64,000 bases of DNA from Chrysomallon squamiferum. Lineage: Eukaryota > Animalia > Mollusca. Positions 13,600 through 27,570 of this stretch are shown here, one piece after another; the stretch's first letter is position 1, and every line of letters begins with the position of its first letter. Below the pieces are notes generated by a model. It made no database searches. It was not told the origin of the DNA and saw only the letters and a list, made by a program, of their open reading frames with translations. Both the position numbers and the translations under genes were made by a program. The DNA is taken from assembly GCA_012295275.1 (NCBI GenBank), contig CM022671.1, positions 6,138,001 through 6,202,000 on the forward strand, read 5' to 3'.

Positions 13600-14741
13600 T
13601 ATACAGGCAGATACCATTATATCTACCTATCTATCTGTTTTTCTCTCACTAACTACTTATCTGTGTCCTATCTATTTAATTTAATTTATTCATTTTGACA
13701 CAAATCTTTTACAACAAAAGAAAATTAATGTATTTTCAATTTTGTTTCTCTAAATTAGTGTTAATTTTACGGTCTGGAAGTTGACAAGATCACATGAGAA
13801 AAGAAACTGATTGTTTTTTTCTCATCTTTCAAATCTCTGTCAAAATTAAACAACTTGTATTATCTTTACGGGTGTCAGTCTATCTGTATTGCGTCTTTCC
13901 TCATGTGATAAAGTTTGGTTAACATGGTGGTTAGTGTTTTCCTGTTTGTGGGACGGTGTAGTTAAAATATTACTTGCTGCTATTTATTAAAAATAGCGCG
14001 GGGGGGAAAGAAGGGGGTGGGGATTCACACTGAATTTCGTCTCTTGGTTACTGTTTCAAATAATTGTGACGAAATTAATTAATTAATGATTCAACGAAGT
14101 GGTAAGCTCTTATTTAAGATCTTATTTTGTTGTGTCTATTACACTTGTGTTACTGTATGTAATTACTTACATTTTATGTATGTAAATATAAAAAAATGTA
14201 TATAAATAAATAAATAATGAAGGAAGGAAGGAAAGAAATATTTAAATGCATAAATAAAATACAAACAAGATACTTGGAACAAGACACAACAAATATAATA
14301 CAAATGCAGATACACTTATATATATATATATATATATATATATTTTTATATCATGCATATATATATATACATATATAAATATAGTTTTATATCATACATA
14401 TATACATATATACATATATTATACATAGATATACACAAATATAATGACGATATATACGTATGTACATAGAGACATACATTCATACATATATTCAAATACA
14501 TACACATATCCACGTACAAACACACTAGAGCTTAAAAAAAAAAATAATAAGTTAATAAATAAATAAGTAAATAAATAAATAAATAAGTAATAAATACATA
14601 AATAAGTAAATAAATAAATAAATAAATAGATATATAAATAAATAAATAATAAGTTAATAAATAAATAAGTAAATAAATAAATAAATAAATAATAAATAAA
14701 TATAAATAAATAGATATATAAATAAATAAATAATAAGTTAA

Positions 14742-14784
<43 letters not shown>

Positions 14785-15899
14785 AAATAAATAAATAAAT
14801 ATAAATAAATAGATAGGTATATAAATAAATAAATGAGTAAATAAACAGATAGATAGATAGACAGAGAGGTAGATAAATAAATAAATAAATAAATAAATAA
14901 TGGTGTATTTAAATTACGTCGAGTGTCCGCTGTTTATTTATTTGTGTAATAAATCTTGACAGCAGCCGCTTTGATCTCTGTGAAATTTATTTAAATGTGC
15001 AACAAAACTAGACTGACGACAGTTGCACTGAAATACAACTACCACAACAGCATTGATTTACCTGCCTTGCTTTTGTTTTTCAGACGAATAAATAAGTATA
15101 ACGTCAGTTCAAAAACAGCAGTTTACAGACAACTACGTTCAATATTCAGTTCGTTTAACTGAGTAAGGAAGAAAAAAAAAAAAAAAAAAAAAAGCTATGT
15201 TCAGTTCTTGTTATATTTTAAAGGAAACAACTTGACCCAGTCAAATCGTACAAGGAACTATCTATGGTCAGTTATGAGTAATGAACAAATATGTTTTCCT
15301 TTTATTATTATTTAAAAAAATTTTTAAAACAATTGTTTGCATAAAAATGAGACTACTCAGAGCTCTGTGCTCTGTTAAACAAGCCAACTGATCAACCACG
15401 TTATTCTTGTGTTCTTTTCTTTCTTTCTTTCTTTATTTATTTATTTATGTATTTATTTATTGTTAATGTTATTATTGTTGTTGTTGTCATTGTTATTATT
15501 ATATTTAATTTATTAAGCAGAATGGAGCGTGCAAGTAATGAGTATACATTTGTTGTCATGGGTGTTCGTTATTTTTATTTATTTATTTATTTATTTATTT
15601 ATTGCATCTATTGTTACTGTTACATTCTGATTACGTTATTCAGTTCATGGATCAGCACTCAAAACACACACATACGCACGGGCCTCGAATTACATGAACA
15701 CGTTACATGCAATCAATTTTACATCAAGAAAAACGTGCTCGACTCGAATAACTATTAAAACTTAAAGTCCTCGATTTTTAAAATTCATTTTAACAGTAAG
15801 TGAAAGGTCAACGTCGATAAAACTGCAGACGAAAGTAGTTCATGTTTGCATAAATTTCTCCGTAAGCTACGCCCCCTTAGTTACTGTTACTACGCACCA

Positions 15900-17050
15900 C
15901 TAGTTAACATCCAAAATGGCGGAATCGGTAGCAGACGGCGTAGCTGATCTAGAAAGTATTCCAGATGATGTGTCGGTTTCCTATCTTCCTGAGAGTTCGG
16001 ACCTTTCCACAAAAAGCACAAGAGAAAGTTTAAATTATTTTACGCAAGGCTACATCCACGATATAAAAATTTCCGACAAAAATCAACCGAAAGTGAATGC
16101 GAAATGCTGGCGTTCCATGAGGAAAATAGACTCGGCTCACAAACTGCACATTCAGGTTTGTTTGGAGATGAAAGAGCTATCAGAGGGTTTGAAGCTGGAT
16201 GAGTATATCGTGGTATTAAACTGGTATTGCTGCATGGTTTATTTTGGTGCAAAGAAAAAAGAAAAGTGACAAACCAGAATATAACAAATGACACACGTGT
16301 CTTTAAGCTGCATTGTCAAGACTGTTTATAATAGTTGAACATTTACATAGATCGCCCAAACGTTTAGTTTCATTTCACCTCACAACGAGTTTTAGTAATA
16401 TACATGTACATCACATACATACACAATACACAGTTGTTTTTGTGTGTTTTTTTTACACTATCTGTTGGTCCAATGGACCGTTTAGTGTTTCAACCAGTGC
16501 ACCATGACTGGTATATACTACTCTGTCTGTGGGGTGGTACTGTTAATCAAGAATAGTAGCCCATGACGTGGCAACAGCCGGTTTCCTCTTTCAACATAGT
16601 GTGGTCCTTAATCAAATTTCCGACACCGTATAACCGTAAATACAATGTGTCGAGTTTGTCGTGAAATAAAACATTTCTTTCTTCTTTTTTTCTGTTCAAT
16701 GGCGGTGTCTGTGCATGTATATTATTCACATTTAGGTAATTCGTATATAGCTAAATATCACCTGTGTGTATTATTATTATTATTTGAAAGCATGTTCATG
16801 TTTATAAGTGATTTTCTTTTGAGATTGTGGTCGTCCGCATAGTCGAATCCATTTAAAAAAAAATTTTCGTCGTTTTTTCGACTTCGGAAACGGTATAAAT
16901 ATTATCCGATTTGCATATACACGGTTTCACCATTGTGCCTATGAATAATGCGTTCTAACAAAGGAAGTATTAACGCTTGCTGAACAACTGATCTAAACAA
17001 TGATCAACATAACAACACCGACAATATGGCGGCCGAAAATAAAACACTAT
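15900..17050. mobile_element. Internally deleted ISL2EU/Harbinger-related DNA transposon remnant with two convergent ORF starts
   Basis: The + strand at 15916-16160 encodes NYFTQGYIHDI...VNAKCWRSMRK..SAHKL, resembling the N-terminus of SWIM/YqaJ accessory proteins. The - strand at ~16790-16935 encodes MVKPC.CKSD / IFIPFPKSK....KWIRLCGRPQSQ, a decayed THAP domain. THAP-transposase plus YqaJ on opposite strands is the ISL2EU layout. TIRs were not convincingly found. Confidence 0.7.
16465..16685 (+). mobile_element. Meta/MESC-type tRNA-SINE (core and 3' tail), nested in the DNA transposon remnant
   Basis: ccagtgcaccatgactggtatat..ctgtctgtggggtggt..ctgttaatcaagaatagtagcccatgacgtggcaacagccggtttcctct..gtggtccttaa..ataaccgtaaa..gtcgtgaaataaaacattt matches my recollection of the molluscan MetaSINE core and tail. 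Related fragments recur in the window. Confidence 0.75.
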
Positions 17051-17755
17051 GGGTGTGTGTGGAAATAACGCGCTTTGATTGGTTGAAGTTCCGAAGTGGT
17101 TGACATTTGTGGAAACGTGACTTAAAACTGAGGATAAACGACATTAAAACTGATGGTCAACGTCATAAAAAAAAAAAATGAAAGTAAAAAACAAAATGAC
17201 GCTTTATGCCATAAAATGTAAAATCTTCGTCTTCTTTCCACGTCACACAACGTTGAAAATTTTACAAAAATTAATAATGTGCAGTTTTGACAGCAAATAT
17301 ATACGCATTTTTTTGAAAAAGAATAACCTCCTTGATTATAATATATATATATATATGAGGGACTGAACCGAAAGCACCAAACATAATCTGAAGATACATA
17401 AACACCATGTGTCTGCGGCTTATTTCTCTTTGCTTAGACTTAGAGTCCACGAGAAATTCCTCCATCACACTGGAGACATTAATATACAGTAAACAGTGTC
17501 ACTGGGGCCATGTTAAGCAATCCAGGACAGGGGTGTGAGATGTTATCTGTGAGGCTGTGGGTGAAAGACAGTGAAAGAGAGAAGATTGGGCCAATTCTCT
17601 GCAATACTACGATACTATTTTATAATGTTTTATACTATTGCTGTATTTCATGTTGTTCAATCAGGCCGAAAAATTAAAGTTAAAATCGACATCTAGTCTA
17701 ATTTTTGTGTGAGGGTGCTTTATGCACCCGGCCATATATATATATATATATATAC

Positions 17756-17830
17756 TTTAAGGACACTATATATCATCGACTTAGTTATTACCTGATACAG
17801 CTGTATTTAAAACATTGTTGTATATTTAAT
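17756..17830 (+). repeat. Dispersed repeat end beginning TTAA|GG (possible non-autonomous DNA transposon terminus); second copy at ~20725-20800
   Basis: taagg..actat.tatcatcgacttagttattacctgata.agctgtatttaaaacattg.tgtatatttaa is present at both sites. Confidence 0.55.
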
Positions 17831-18091
17831 AAATAATTTTAAAAGTAATAGCGTACTACCATTACTTCAACTAGATAGCTGCCTAGACAGTTCAGAAGTG
17901 CGCACTTCTCAACTATAAGGTTTATACAAATTATTGTTTTAATAAACAAAAAACATAATATAAGAACACAATGCCGGTAATAGTTCATTGTTCATAACAG
18001 ATTACAGACAGTTCACTGCGATTTGACAAGCACAAAGAACGGCGTACTTTGTGGGAAGGATGGATAACCTCGGGTATTGAGGAATCTTAAA

Positions 18092-18392
18092 CGGGTGCTT
18101 TGATGGCCGAACGGTAGCGTTCGAGTTTCGTCAGCGACATCTGGCGGGTTTTGTTAAATCGTGACTGGACTTTGTCCTCCTGCGCCAGTGCGTTCCAGAA
18201 TATTGTCTAAGTGCAGTCTGAATCAGACGTACATAAGACAAAGAATATTCATTTTCTCATACAAACTCATACATATATATTTTCTCTCTCACACAGATAC
18301 ATATCAATTTTTCAGGTTTTTCAAGCGCCAGTGTATTGCCGAATATTGTCTAATCAGACATACTTCAAACAACAGAATATTCATTCCTAAAT
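18092..18392 (+). mobile_element. SINE-B copy (deletion between A and B boxes) plus a partial repeat of its 3' half at ~18325-18392
   Basis: tggccgaacggtagcgttcgagtttcgtcagcgacatctggcggg...ggactttgtcctcctgcgccagtg...atcagacgtacataagac matches 25678-25888. Confidence 0.75.
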
Positions 18393-19096
18393 ATACAAAC
18401 TCTCTATCTCTCTCTTACACACACACATAGATACAAATATAAATAACGTACGTACCTATATACGTTGACCGTAACTGTTATTGTGCTAACTTCATTTTCA
18501 TGTCGAAAACGTTTAGTTTTGATAGATATTTGTCACTGGATACTTTTGGTAAATCTGACGGTATATAATGCGTCTTAAATGACAGTTTAAACCAGTGTGT
18601 GAATACAACAGAAACACGAAACCAAAGCGAAAACCAAAATAGTCAGGGGAAAGGTTTCACATGTCTGGTATCACGTAAATAATTTTTTTTTTTTTTTTTT
18701 TATTTATTTTTAAATATGGTGTATTTTATTAATAACTGATAGAAAACGAAATATAAAAGAAAGAAAAAAAAGTTTAAGAGAACAGTAGTAATATGAGGCG
18801 ACAAGCAAATGAGAAAAATGTGTTGTTGTGTTTTTGTTTGTTTGTTTGTCGTCAGAGCAGTATGGCCTTGTCAGCATTTATTATTCCGATCTTGCTCGAG
18901 TACACTGTCCCACGTGACAAATAAAATGTCTCTATTTATGAGAGAGAGAGAGAAACACAAACATACACGTGGATACACAGAGAATATTCTCCGTGTGCTG
19001 TCTATTCTGACAAAACAACAAACAGACAAAAACAGACACACATTCTACACGTGGACACACAGACACACAAACAGACAAAAACAAACAGAGAGAGAG

Positions 19097-19171
<75 letters not shown>

Positions 19172-19204
19172 TATGCTCTTTACATTTTCTTTTTACATCC
19201 AAAA

Positions 19205-19256
19205 ACCTGCTGTCTGTGGGTAGGCATTATAAAATATTTCTTACTGCTGACTGGTC
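19205..19256 (+). mobile_element. Meta-type SINE core fragment
   Basis: ctgtctgtgggtaggcattataaaatatttcttactgct matches the Meta core. Confidence 0.45.
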
Positions 19257-19891
19257 TCAATTGTCCATGAAGTTAATACAGATTTTATTTCCTATCTTGT
19301 GAAACAAAATCGTCACTTTGCCGATGTTAACATAAAACATTTAAAATTTGAATATTAGGAAAAACAATTTACACGATATCAAACGTGATTTTATATTAGG
19401 TTAATCACATCAAAAGAGAAAATAAAATAAAATAAAAATAGGATAACAAAAGGACAGAAATAAAAAATTAAAAAAATATAATTATATTAAATTAAATCTT
19501 TGTTGGTTAATATAAAAGTATGACAATCAATTTCAGTTAAAAATCGTAAATAAATTTGTTGTTTGACTCGTTTTCATGTCATTAAGTCATGCACATATAT
19601 AATAATAACACTCATACAGAATTAAAAGAAACAAACAAAAAACCCAATAAACAAACAAACCAAACAAATAAACAAATTAAAATAAATAGACAAATAAACA
19701 AACAGACAAATTAAAATAAATAAATAAATAAGCTAATAAATGAACTAATAATGAAAAATAAACCAACAAACCAGTTTTCTTTTTTTATTTGTTTACATCA
19801 TTATCTTACCTTCACAAAAGTAGTTTTTTCTTTTTTCTTTGTTTACATTTTCTTACCTTCACTCTATTTTTTTCTTCTTCCTTTGATTTTT

Positions 19892-19971
<80 letters not shown>

Positions 19972-20490
19972 TTCTACTTAAAAATAATAAAGTAATACAT
20001 ACAATAATCTTAATGATTTTTTTACCTGATTAGTTCGTCATTCTTAATCAGTGGCTTATCTTTATAAACGTAAATCACATATTTAGTACGAGTGTACTGC
20101 AGTTTAGACGTTTCATTTATCTACAGCAAACTTAATTACCTCCTTTTGTTTCCTTTCCTTATTAATTTTTACTTTTTATTAAAATGTTTTCTCCTCTTTT
20201 TTTTTTTTTTTTTTTTATTTTTTTTTTTTATTCTTCATAGTAATCCTTCTTTTTGCTCATATAAAGCGTATTACGTTAATCCGGATTAATTCAATAAAAA
20301 CTGATTTTCAGCAATTACTTATAATCCGTATTTTATCATTCAGTAAATAAAATAACTTAAAAAGCAATATTATTCAATTTATCGGTTTCACAGTAATCTG
20401 CTTAATCCGTGTTTCATTACAGATAAACTGATTTTGAAAATCATATTAACTCAGATTAACTTATTCATAATTTCTTTCATTCAGTTGTTG

Positions 20491-20559
<69 letters not shown>

Positions 20560-21883
20560 CTTCTTTTTTTTTTCTTCTTGAATGTTTTATTTATTTATTT
20601 TGTTACTGTTCTTATTGTTTATTTATTCATTTTATTCAAAATTAATTTGGTAATATTAATACCATTTTATAAATGATCATAGAAGCTGATTTAATGTTAT
20701 AGGTATTGTGAAAACGCTGTATTCTTTAAGGCTACTATGTATCATCGACTTAGTTATTACCTGATATAGCTGTATTTAAAACATTGATGTATATTTAAAA
20801 CAATTTTGCATATATTTAAAACACTGCAGTATATTTAAACCGTAGGGAAAAATCCTCGAATCCTGACAATGTATACATACGTGCGTACATACACACACAT
20901 ATACATACATACATACATGCACACACACACACAGACACATACCTATATACACACAAACATACAGACAGACAGACATAATATATATTAAAGAGTTAATACG
21001 TTTTATCGCTTTTGCAATAAGCTATTTAGTTTGAAATCTAAATCTACATTTAGGAATCCTTATTTGAGTGTTTTATCAAAAAAAAAAAAAAAAAAAAAAA
21101 AAAATAATAATTAATGAATGGAAAAAAAAAAAAACATTAAAAAACAAGAACTCAGAAACGTTCAGTTGTCGACTGTCTCTGTATTTCAGATCCGAGAGAT
21201 AAACTTGAACAAAAACGTCACAGCCTGAATGTCAAACAATAGAAACAAAACTTGTGTCAAACCCAGTTATTTAACAACCTGAGCTAAAATCTGATGTTCG
21301 TCTACCATGTAAGGCAAGACAAGACAATGATTCAGCTAAAATTCATACAAAAAAGAACCCCCAACAAATCAGGTAACCTTTTGTTCTCCAGATATCTGGT
21401 TGCCGGGCATTTGTATGACAAGCCAAGACAGAAATCACAGCAGATATTGAGTGTCAATGTTTTTTTGTTTTTTTTTAATGTATAAAAATATATCGAGTAT
21501 CATGTCGTGTTTGTATCTTACACTGCGTGAGGGTATCAAACAGGACAATGTTGTTTGTTTTTTTTGAAATAAACGTACCGAATAAAAGAAACCAGAATAT
21601 GTTGAGGTTCGTGTCACACGTTTTATTGCTTATGTTATATTTATTTTCGTCCCCGTTGTTGTTGTTGTTAGTGTTAGACAAACTTAAATTAGCTTAAGTA
21701 TTCCGTTTTATAACTTGAGTATTTGAATTGATTTCAGTCTGGTTTTTTTTTTTTTTTTTTTCACAGATACATTTGAAATTGTATACGAATGACATTCAGA
21801 GAAAAACTAGCAAGAGAGAAATAATAGTAATAAATAAATATATAAATAAAATAAATAAATAAATAAAATAAAATAAAATAAAA

Positions 21884-21918
<35 letters not shown>

Positions 21919-22379
21919 AATAAAATAAATAAAATAAAATAAAATTAGTAAATAAATAATATATTTTTTTATTTCTAACAAGAACAATAGCAACAATAAA
22001 AGCGACAACAACAACAACAACAATAAAATGAAGAAGACAAAAAAAATACAATAAAGAACAATACATGTGCATTGTAGAGACAATATCAGACCGTCGTCTT
22101 GTGTAATTGTAGACGAAGTTTTAATCAGATAATTTCCTGGTGAAAAACAACGAAAAACAAACAACAAAAAAACGAGACTAATTTCAGATCGTAGAGACAT
22201 TGAAACTGTTATGTAATTACTTTTTGCACACATAAATAAAACACGAAACAAAACGAAACATGTATGAAAAAATGCACAATTTGCACGTGAATATCAAAAT
22301 AAACGTAAATTCAGTTTACTTCTACTACCGCTGCTTTTACTTCTGCTGCTATTATTTCAACTACTACGACATCTTATTT

Positions 22380-23065
22380 ATTGCTGCTACTACTACCTTT
22401 ATTACTATTATTACTGCTGCTACTACCTTTATTACTATTATTACTGCTGCTACTACTGTTATTAATATTACTACTACGACTTCTACAACTACTACTGTTA
22501 CTAGTACGACTACTGATGCTACTACTACAGCTATTACTACTTCTTTTACTATTACTATGAATGCTACTGCTATTTCTACTACTACTACAAGTACTACTAC
22601 AACAACTGCTATTACTGTTAATATATCTAATACCAGTAATACAACTAATAGTAATACTAAAAATAATAATATAACTGCTATTTCAGCTTCTACTATCACT
22701 ATTACTACTATAATTACCACTACTACTACTATTAATTCTCCTACTACTACTATAATTACTACTACTACTACTATTATTACTACTATTACTACTATTATTA
22801 CTACTACTACTATTAGTATTACTACTACTACTACTATTATTACTACTACTACTATTATTACTACTACTACTACTATAACTACTACTACTACTATCATTTC
22901 TCCTACTATACTAATGCTATTAGTATTACTTCTGTTACTACTACTATATTACTACTACTAATACTATTACTGCTACTACTATTACTAAGCCTATTTGTTA
23001 TTATTACTACTATTATTGCTGGTACAAATACCATTACTACAATTATTACTACTACTCCTACTAAG
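22380..23065. repeat. Cryptic (ACT/ATT)n trinucleotide tract
   Basis: actactactattatt variants; it produces the Thr/Ile- and Val-rich ORFs on both strands. Confidence 0.85.
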
Positions 23066-23117
23066 ATATGAGTTGTAAACAATCTATTTACATATTTTAA
23101 AATGTTATAGACAAAAG

Positions 23118-23290
23118 TGTTTTCAGCTTATTTAAATAAATTAAAATTTCGACATTCTACCCTTAATTCCAACTTATTTAAATAAATCAGAATGTTGACA
23201 AACAACTCGTGTTTTCAACTTAATTAAATAAATTAAAATGTTGACAAACAATTCTTGTGTCTTCAAATTATTTAAATAATTTGAAAATTT
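23118..23290. repeat. Degenerate ~47-bp tandem repeat, ~4 copies
   Basis: ttcaacttatttaaataaattaaaatgttgaca recurs. Confidence 0.7.
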
Positions 23291-24142
23291 CTTAATCAAG
23301 ATCGTTTCTTCTTAGTTATTTTTTTTTTTTTTTTTAATATTTATTTTATTTTATTTTATTTTACCTATTCATTAATTTATTTACTGCTTATTTGTTTATT
23401 TATTTTCTAGCTGTTTTCCTGTTTAAGGTGGGTAGTCTGTGTGTGTGTGTTTTTTTTCTTTTTTTTTCAAAAGTTTGTTCTGTTTTACTGTTGCATTTTT
23501 ATTGTTTTCGTTGTTGTTGTTATCGTCACAAAATAAACAGCACAAATTTGACCTAACAGTTTCACTTCCAATTATATTTCAATAAATATGAGATCTGATA
23601 ACTGCATTCTCGAAAATAATGGTTCATTTAGCAAACGTGAAAATCAATACGTCGTATGACGTAATATGAACCACTAGGATCAAAACGTTCGATGTTACGT
23701 CACATAGGACAGTTATAATTATATACAGACTCGAATTACCTAAACTGCGTATTAAGTGAGTGGTTACAAGAAGAAATTTCTCATAAATATTTATAATGAT
23801 TTTCTATTCCATACTGAGATATATGAAAAATAATGAGTAGTAAAATAAATATCTGTATGAACATTCAGTTTTAGCTTCTAAGAAACAGAAATAGTTGTAA
23901 TTGCTGTTTTAGTGATAATTATTAACTTCAAGTAGTTGTAGTAGAAGTAGTAGTAATAGCAGTAGAAATAGTAGTCGTCGTCGGAGCAGTATTAGCAGTA
24001 ATAGTAGTAGTAGTAGAAATGGTAGAAATGGTATTACTAGTTTCAGTAGTAGTGTCAATAGTTTTATCAGTAGTAATAGCAGTAGTAGTAGTAATAGTAG
24101 TAGTAGTAGAAATGGTAGTATTAGTATCAGTAATAGTGTCAA

Positions 24143-24182
<40 letters not shown>

Positions 24183-24927
24183 TATTGCTTCGGTTGTTAT
24201 TGTTGTAATACTGGTAGTAATAATAATAGCAATTCTGTAAAATTATATCTAAAGTTTTAAAAATAAAATGACTGAATACAGTTTATTTTCGTTATTATTT
24301 TTTTTTCTTTTGTGTATTTCTATTTTAATCAAAACATTCGATATCTTTAATAAATCGTGTTTTATTGTAGCTACGTATCATTATAGAGATAAATTCAAAT
24401 AAACTCATTTTATTTATTTATTTATTATATTTTTGTTTGTTTATTTATTTAATTACAATAATTTATTTAATTATATTTATTTATTTATTTGTTGCTATTA
24501 TTGTTTGTTTGTTGTTGTTTTTTGTTTGTTTGTTGTTGTTTTTGTTGTTGTTGTTTTTTGTGGTTTTTTTGTGTTTTTTTATTTTTTTTTTTTTTTTTAT
24601 CTCTATCGAGAACATACGGTACCTGTCACAAATTGAACGTAAGGTAATTCTAAACGTGGAGTTTGTATACCTGAATAGATAAATAACTTTCTCAAACGTT
24701 CAACTGCGTGTTTACTCACTGTGTATGAGTCAGAGTATAAACATGTTCACACGTGACAAACAACAAGCACCACGTCGTTAAGATAAACAGCAAGTAAAGC
24801 GTTTTGTGTCCTGTTTCTCGTGTCAAACTGTTCTACGTGTTTTGTTGTCCTAACTAACGTCTTTCAGAAAGTACTTGGTAAAAATCTCTGTCAATTAACT
24901 GTGGTAGCAAGGGTTTCCCCTTAAATA

Positions 24928-25081
24928 TATATACATACATACACACATACATACATACATACATACATATATACATATATACATACATACATACATACAT
25001 ATATACATACATACATACATTGATATATACATACATACATACGTACATACATACATACATACATATACATACATACATACA

Positions 25082-25115
<34 letters not shown>

Positions 25116-25151
25116 CATACATATACATACATACATACATACATACATACA

Positions 25152-25183
<32 letters not shown>

Positions 25184-25352
25184 CATACATACACATACAT
25201 ACATACATACATACATACATACATACATACATACATACATACATACATACATACATACATACATACATACATACATACATACATACATACATACATACAT
25301 ACATACATACATACATACATACATACATACATACATACCATACATACATATA

Positions 25353-25384
<32 letters not shown>

Positions 25385-25456
25385 CATACTTACACATATA
25401 TACATACATACATACATACATGCATACATACGTACATACATGCATGCATACATACA

Positions 25457-25490
<34 letters not shown>

Positions 25491-25676
25491 CATACATACA
25501 TACATACATACATACATACATACATACATACATACATACATACATACATACATACATACATACATACATACGTACATACATAGATACACACATACATACG
25601 TACATACATAGATACACACATACATACGTACATACATAGATACACACATACATACATACATACATACATACATACC
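24928..25676. repeat. ~750-bp (ACAT)n microsatellite array
   Basis: Direct reading; it abuts the SINE-B head. Confidence 0.97.
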
Positions 25677-25677
25677 T

Positions 25678-25888
25678 AAGGTTTTCTCGGTGGCCGAATG
25701 GTAACATCGTCGGCCTTCGGAGTGAGGGCGACTGGGTGTCATATGTTCGAGTCTCGTCAGCGGCATCTGACGGGTTTGTTAGGTCGTGATTGGACTTTGT
25801 CCTCCTGCGCCAGCATTCCCAAATATTGTCTATGTGCAGAGTCTGATCAGACGTGCATAAGTCAGAGAACATTCAAAATCCTAAAACT
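25678..25888 (+). mobile_element. Second tRNA-derived SINE family (SINE-B), most complete copy
   Basis: A box TGGCCGAATGG, B box GTTCGAGTC, then a non-tRNA body ggactttgtcctcctgcgccag...atcagacgtgcataag...aaaatcctaaaac. Further copies at 18092, 10370 and 28951. Confidence 0.8.
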
Positions 25889-25907
25889 GCATATATGTAT
25901 GTATGTA

Positions 25908-25942
<35 letters not shown>

Positions 25943-26105
25943 TAATTATATGAAATTGTGTCTGTGTATTTCTGTAAATGTAATATCAATATACACACAG
26001 AAACAAACGGACACACATTAACTAAATTGAACACTAAATTATTGATGAAATAACTTTCCCCGTTATTCGTAATAAGAAATTCTCTAAATAAATATTCGCT
26101 CATAT

Positions 26106-26167
<62 letters not shown>

Positions 26168-26355
26168 CCAGGTACCCAGACAGACATTTATGAGTCAAAA
26201 CATTTACAAGGACATTAACATTTATGTATTGTTATTTACACGTTATTACCACACAAGTGTTTATTTATTTATTCTAGTGCCAGATATACAGTTCCTTAAT
26301 CATTTTCAATCTATGGCCTCCTCTGTTTAAACGTTTGCCATGAATACATTTGCAA

Positions 26356-26405
<50 letters not shown>

Positions 26406-27538
26406 TCTATTCTATTCTATTCTATATGTGGATGTTTGTATATGTATGTAACATAAATGAATAAATAAAATAAAATAAAAACAAAAACAAAACAAAACAA
26501 ACTAAGTAAGATCAGCTATTAAAATTGAAAAATAAAAAAGGGGACAACTATTTTAAACTGTTCTAAACACTTAGATTTCTGACTGTAATTAAATATATGT
26601 AAAGTAAAATCAGGTATATACAGAAACAAAATTAATAATGTCAAATGCTGTACTTTTACTACAACAAAAAGTACCTTTACAACTTCAAAAAAAGAAAAGA
26701 AAATTTCCAACTAGTGAACAAAAAAACCCAAAGAAACAACAACAACAACGACAATAACAGAAACGATAACGAAAGAAGTATTTAGAATAATGAGATAGGA
26801 ATGTAAAATAAATGCTGCTGGATTAATCCTGTTTTTAACACTTGGTAAAATTGCGTATCTTTAAACATAGTTTATTTTCCTTAAGGAAAAAAAAAAATAA
26901 TAATAATAAGTTTTGTATGAATTTGTAAGCTTTATTTATTTACTTATTTATTTATTTATCATAAACATTAGGCTAATATCACGTAAAAAGTATTTTTCCA
27001 AATGTCAATATTGTGCTTCGTTGTTTTATAAATAAATAAATAAATAAATAAAACGAACACATAAATTACCACTGTCTGTCTGCAAAAGCATTTCCCTGCA
27101 CAGTCAACACAGAGAGAGAGAGAGAGAGAGAGAAGAAGAAGAAGAAGAAGAAGAAGAAGAAAAGAAAAAATAAAAGAAAGATAAGAAAGAAAGAAAAAGC
27201 AAAAAGTAAAAACAGTTATTATTTCTTCCACTCCTTATTTATTAATGTTATTTTTAATTAATTTTATAAAATTTGAAAAGACAATTACACGAATGAATAA
27301 TTTATTATTTTAAATTGAAAACAATTCTATATGACATTACTGAACTTCAATGATTTCTTTTTGTTGATGTTGTTATCTTATTATTATTATTGTTGTTCTT
27401 GTTGTTGTTGTTGTTGTTGTTAATCAAAGAAAAACATAAAGAATAAAAATTGTTGATGTTGTTGTTGTAAAAAATCAAGGAAAAAATAAAAAATAAAAAT
27501 TAATTTGTAAAACAAAAATTATAGATAGGAAAACAAAA

Positions 27539-27570
<32 letters not shown>

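Noticed and set aside
16547-16729. 60-aa minus-strand ORF as a second transposase exon
   Set aside because: It is the antisense reading of the Meta-type SINE.
15760-17140. Terminal inverted repeats of the DNA transposon remnant
   Set aside because: Only a weak partial match (tcctc..ttttaa) was found, which is not enough to call.
22260-22961. 233-aa Thr-rich mucin-like ORF
   Set aside because: It is an (ACT/ATT)n microsatellite open on both strands, with essentially one codon per residue and no signal peptide or recognisable domain.
25685-25765. tRNA gene
   Set aside because: A and B boxes are present, but I see no proper acceptor stem. It continues into a repeated non-tRNA body, so it is a SINE head.
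24854-25872. Long MYVC/HTYI ORFs (also 13335-13684, 39100-39350, 45120-45680 and the ERER/LSLS ORFs)
   Set aside because: Stop-free translations of (ACAT)n, (AC)n, (AG)n and (ATAG)n repeats.
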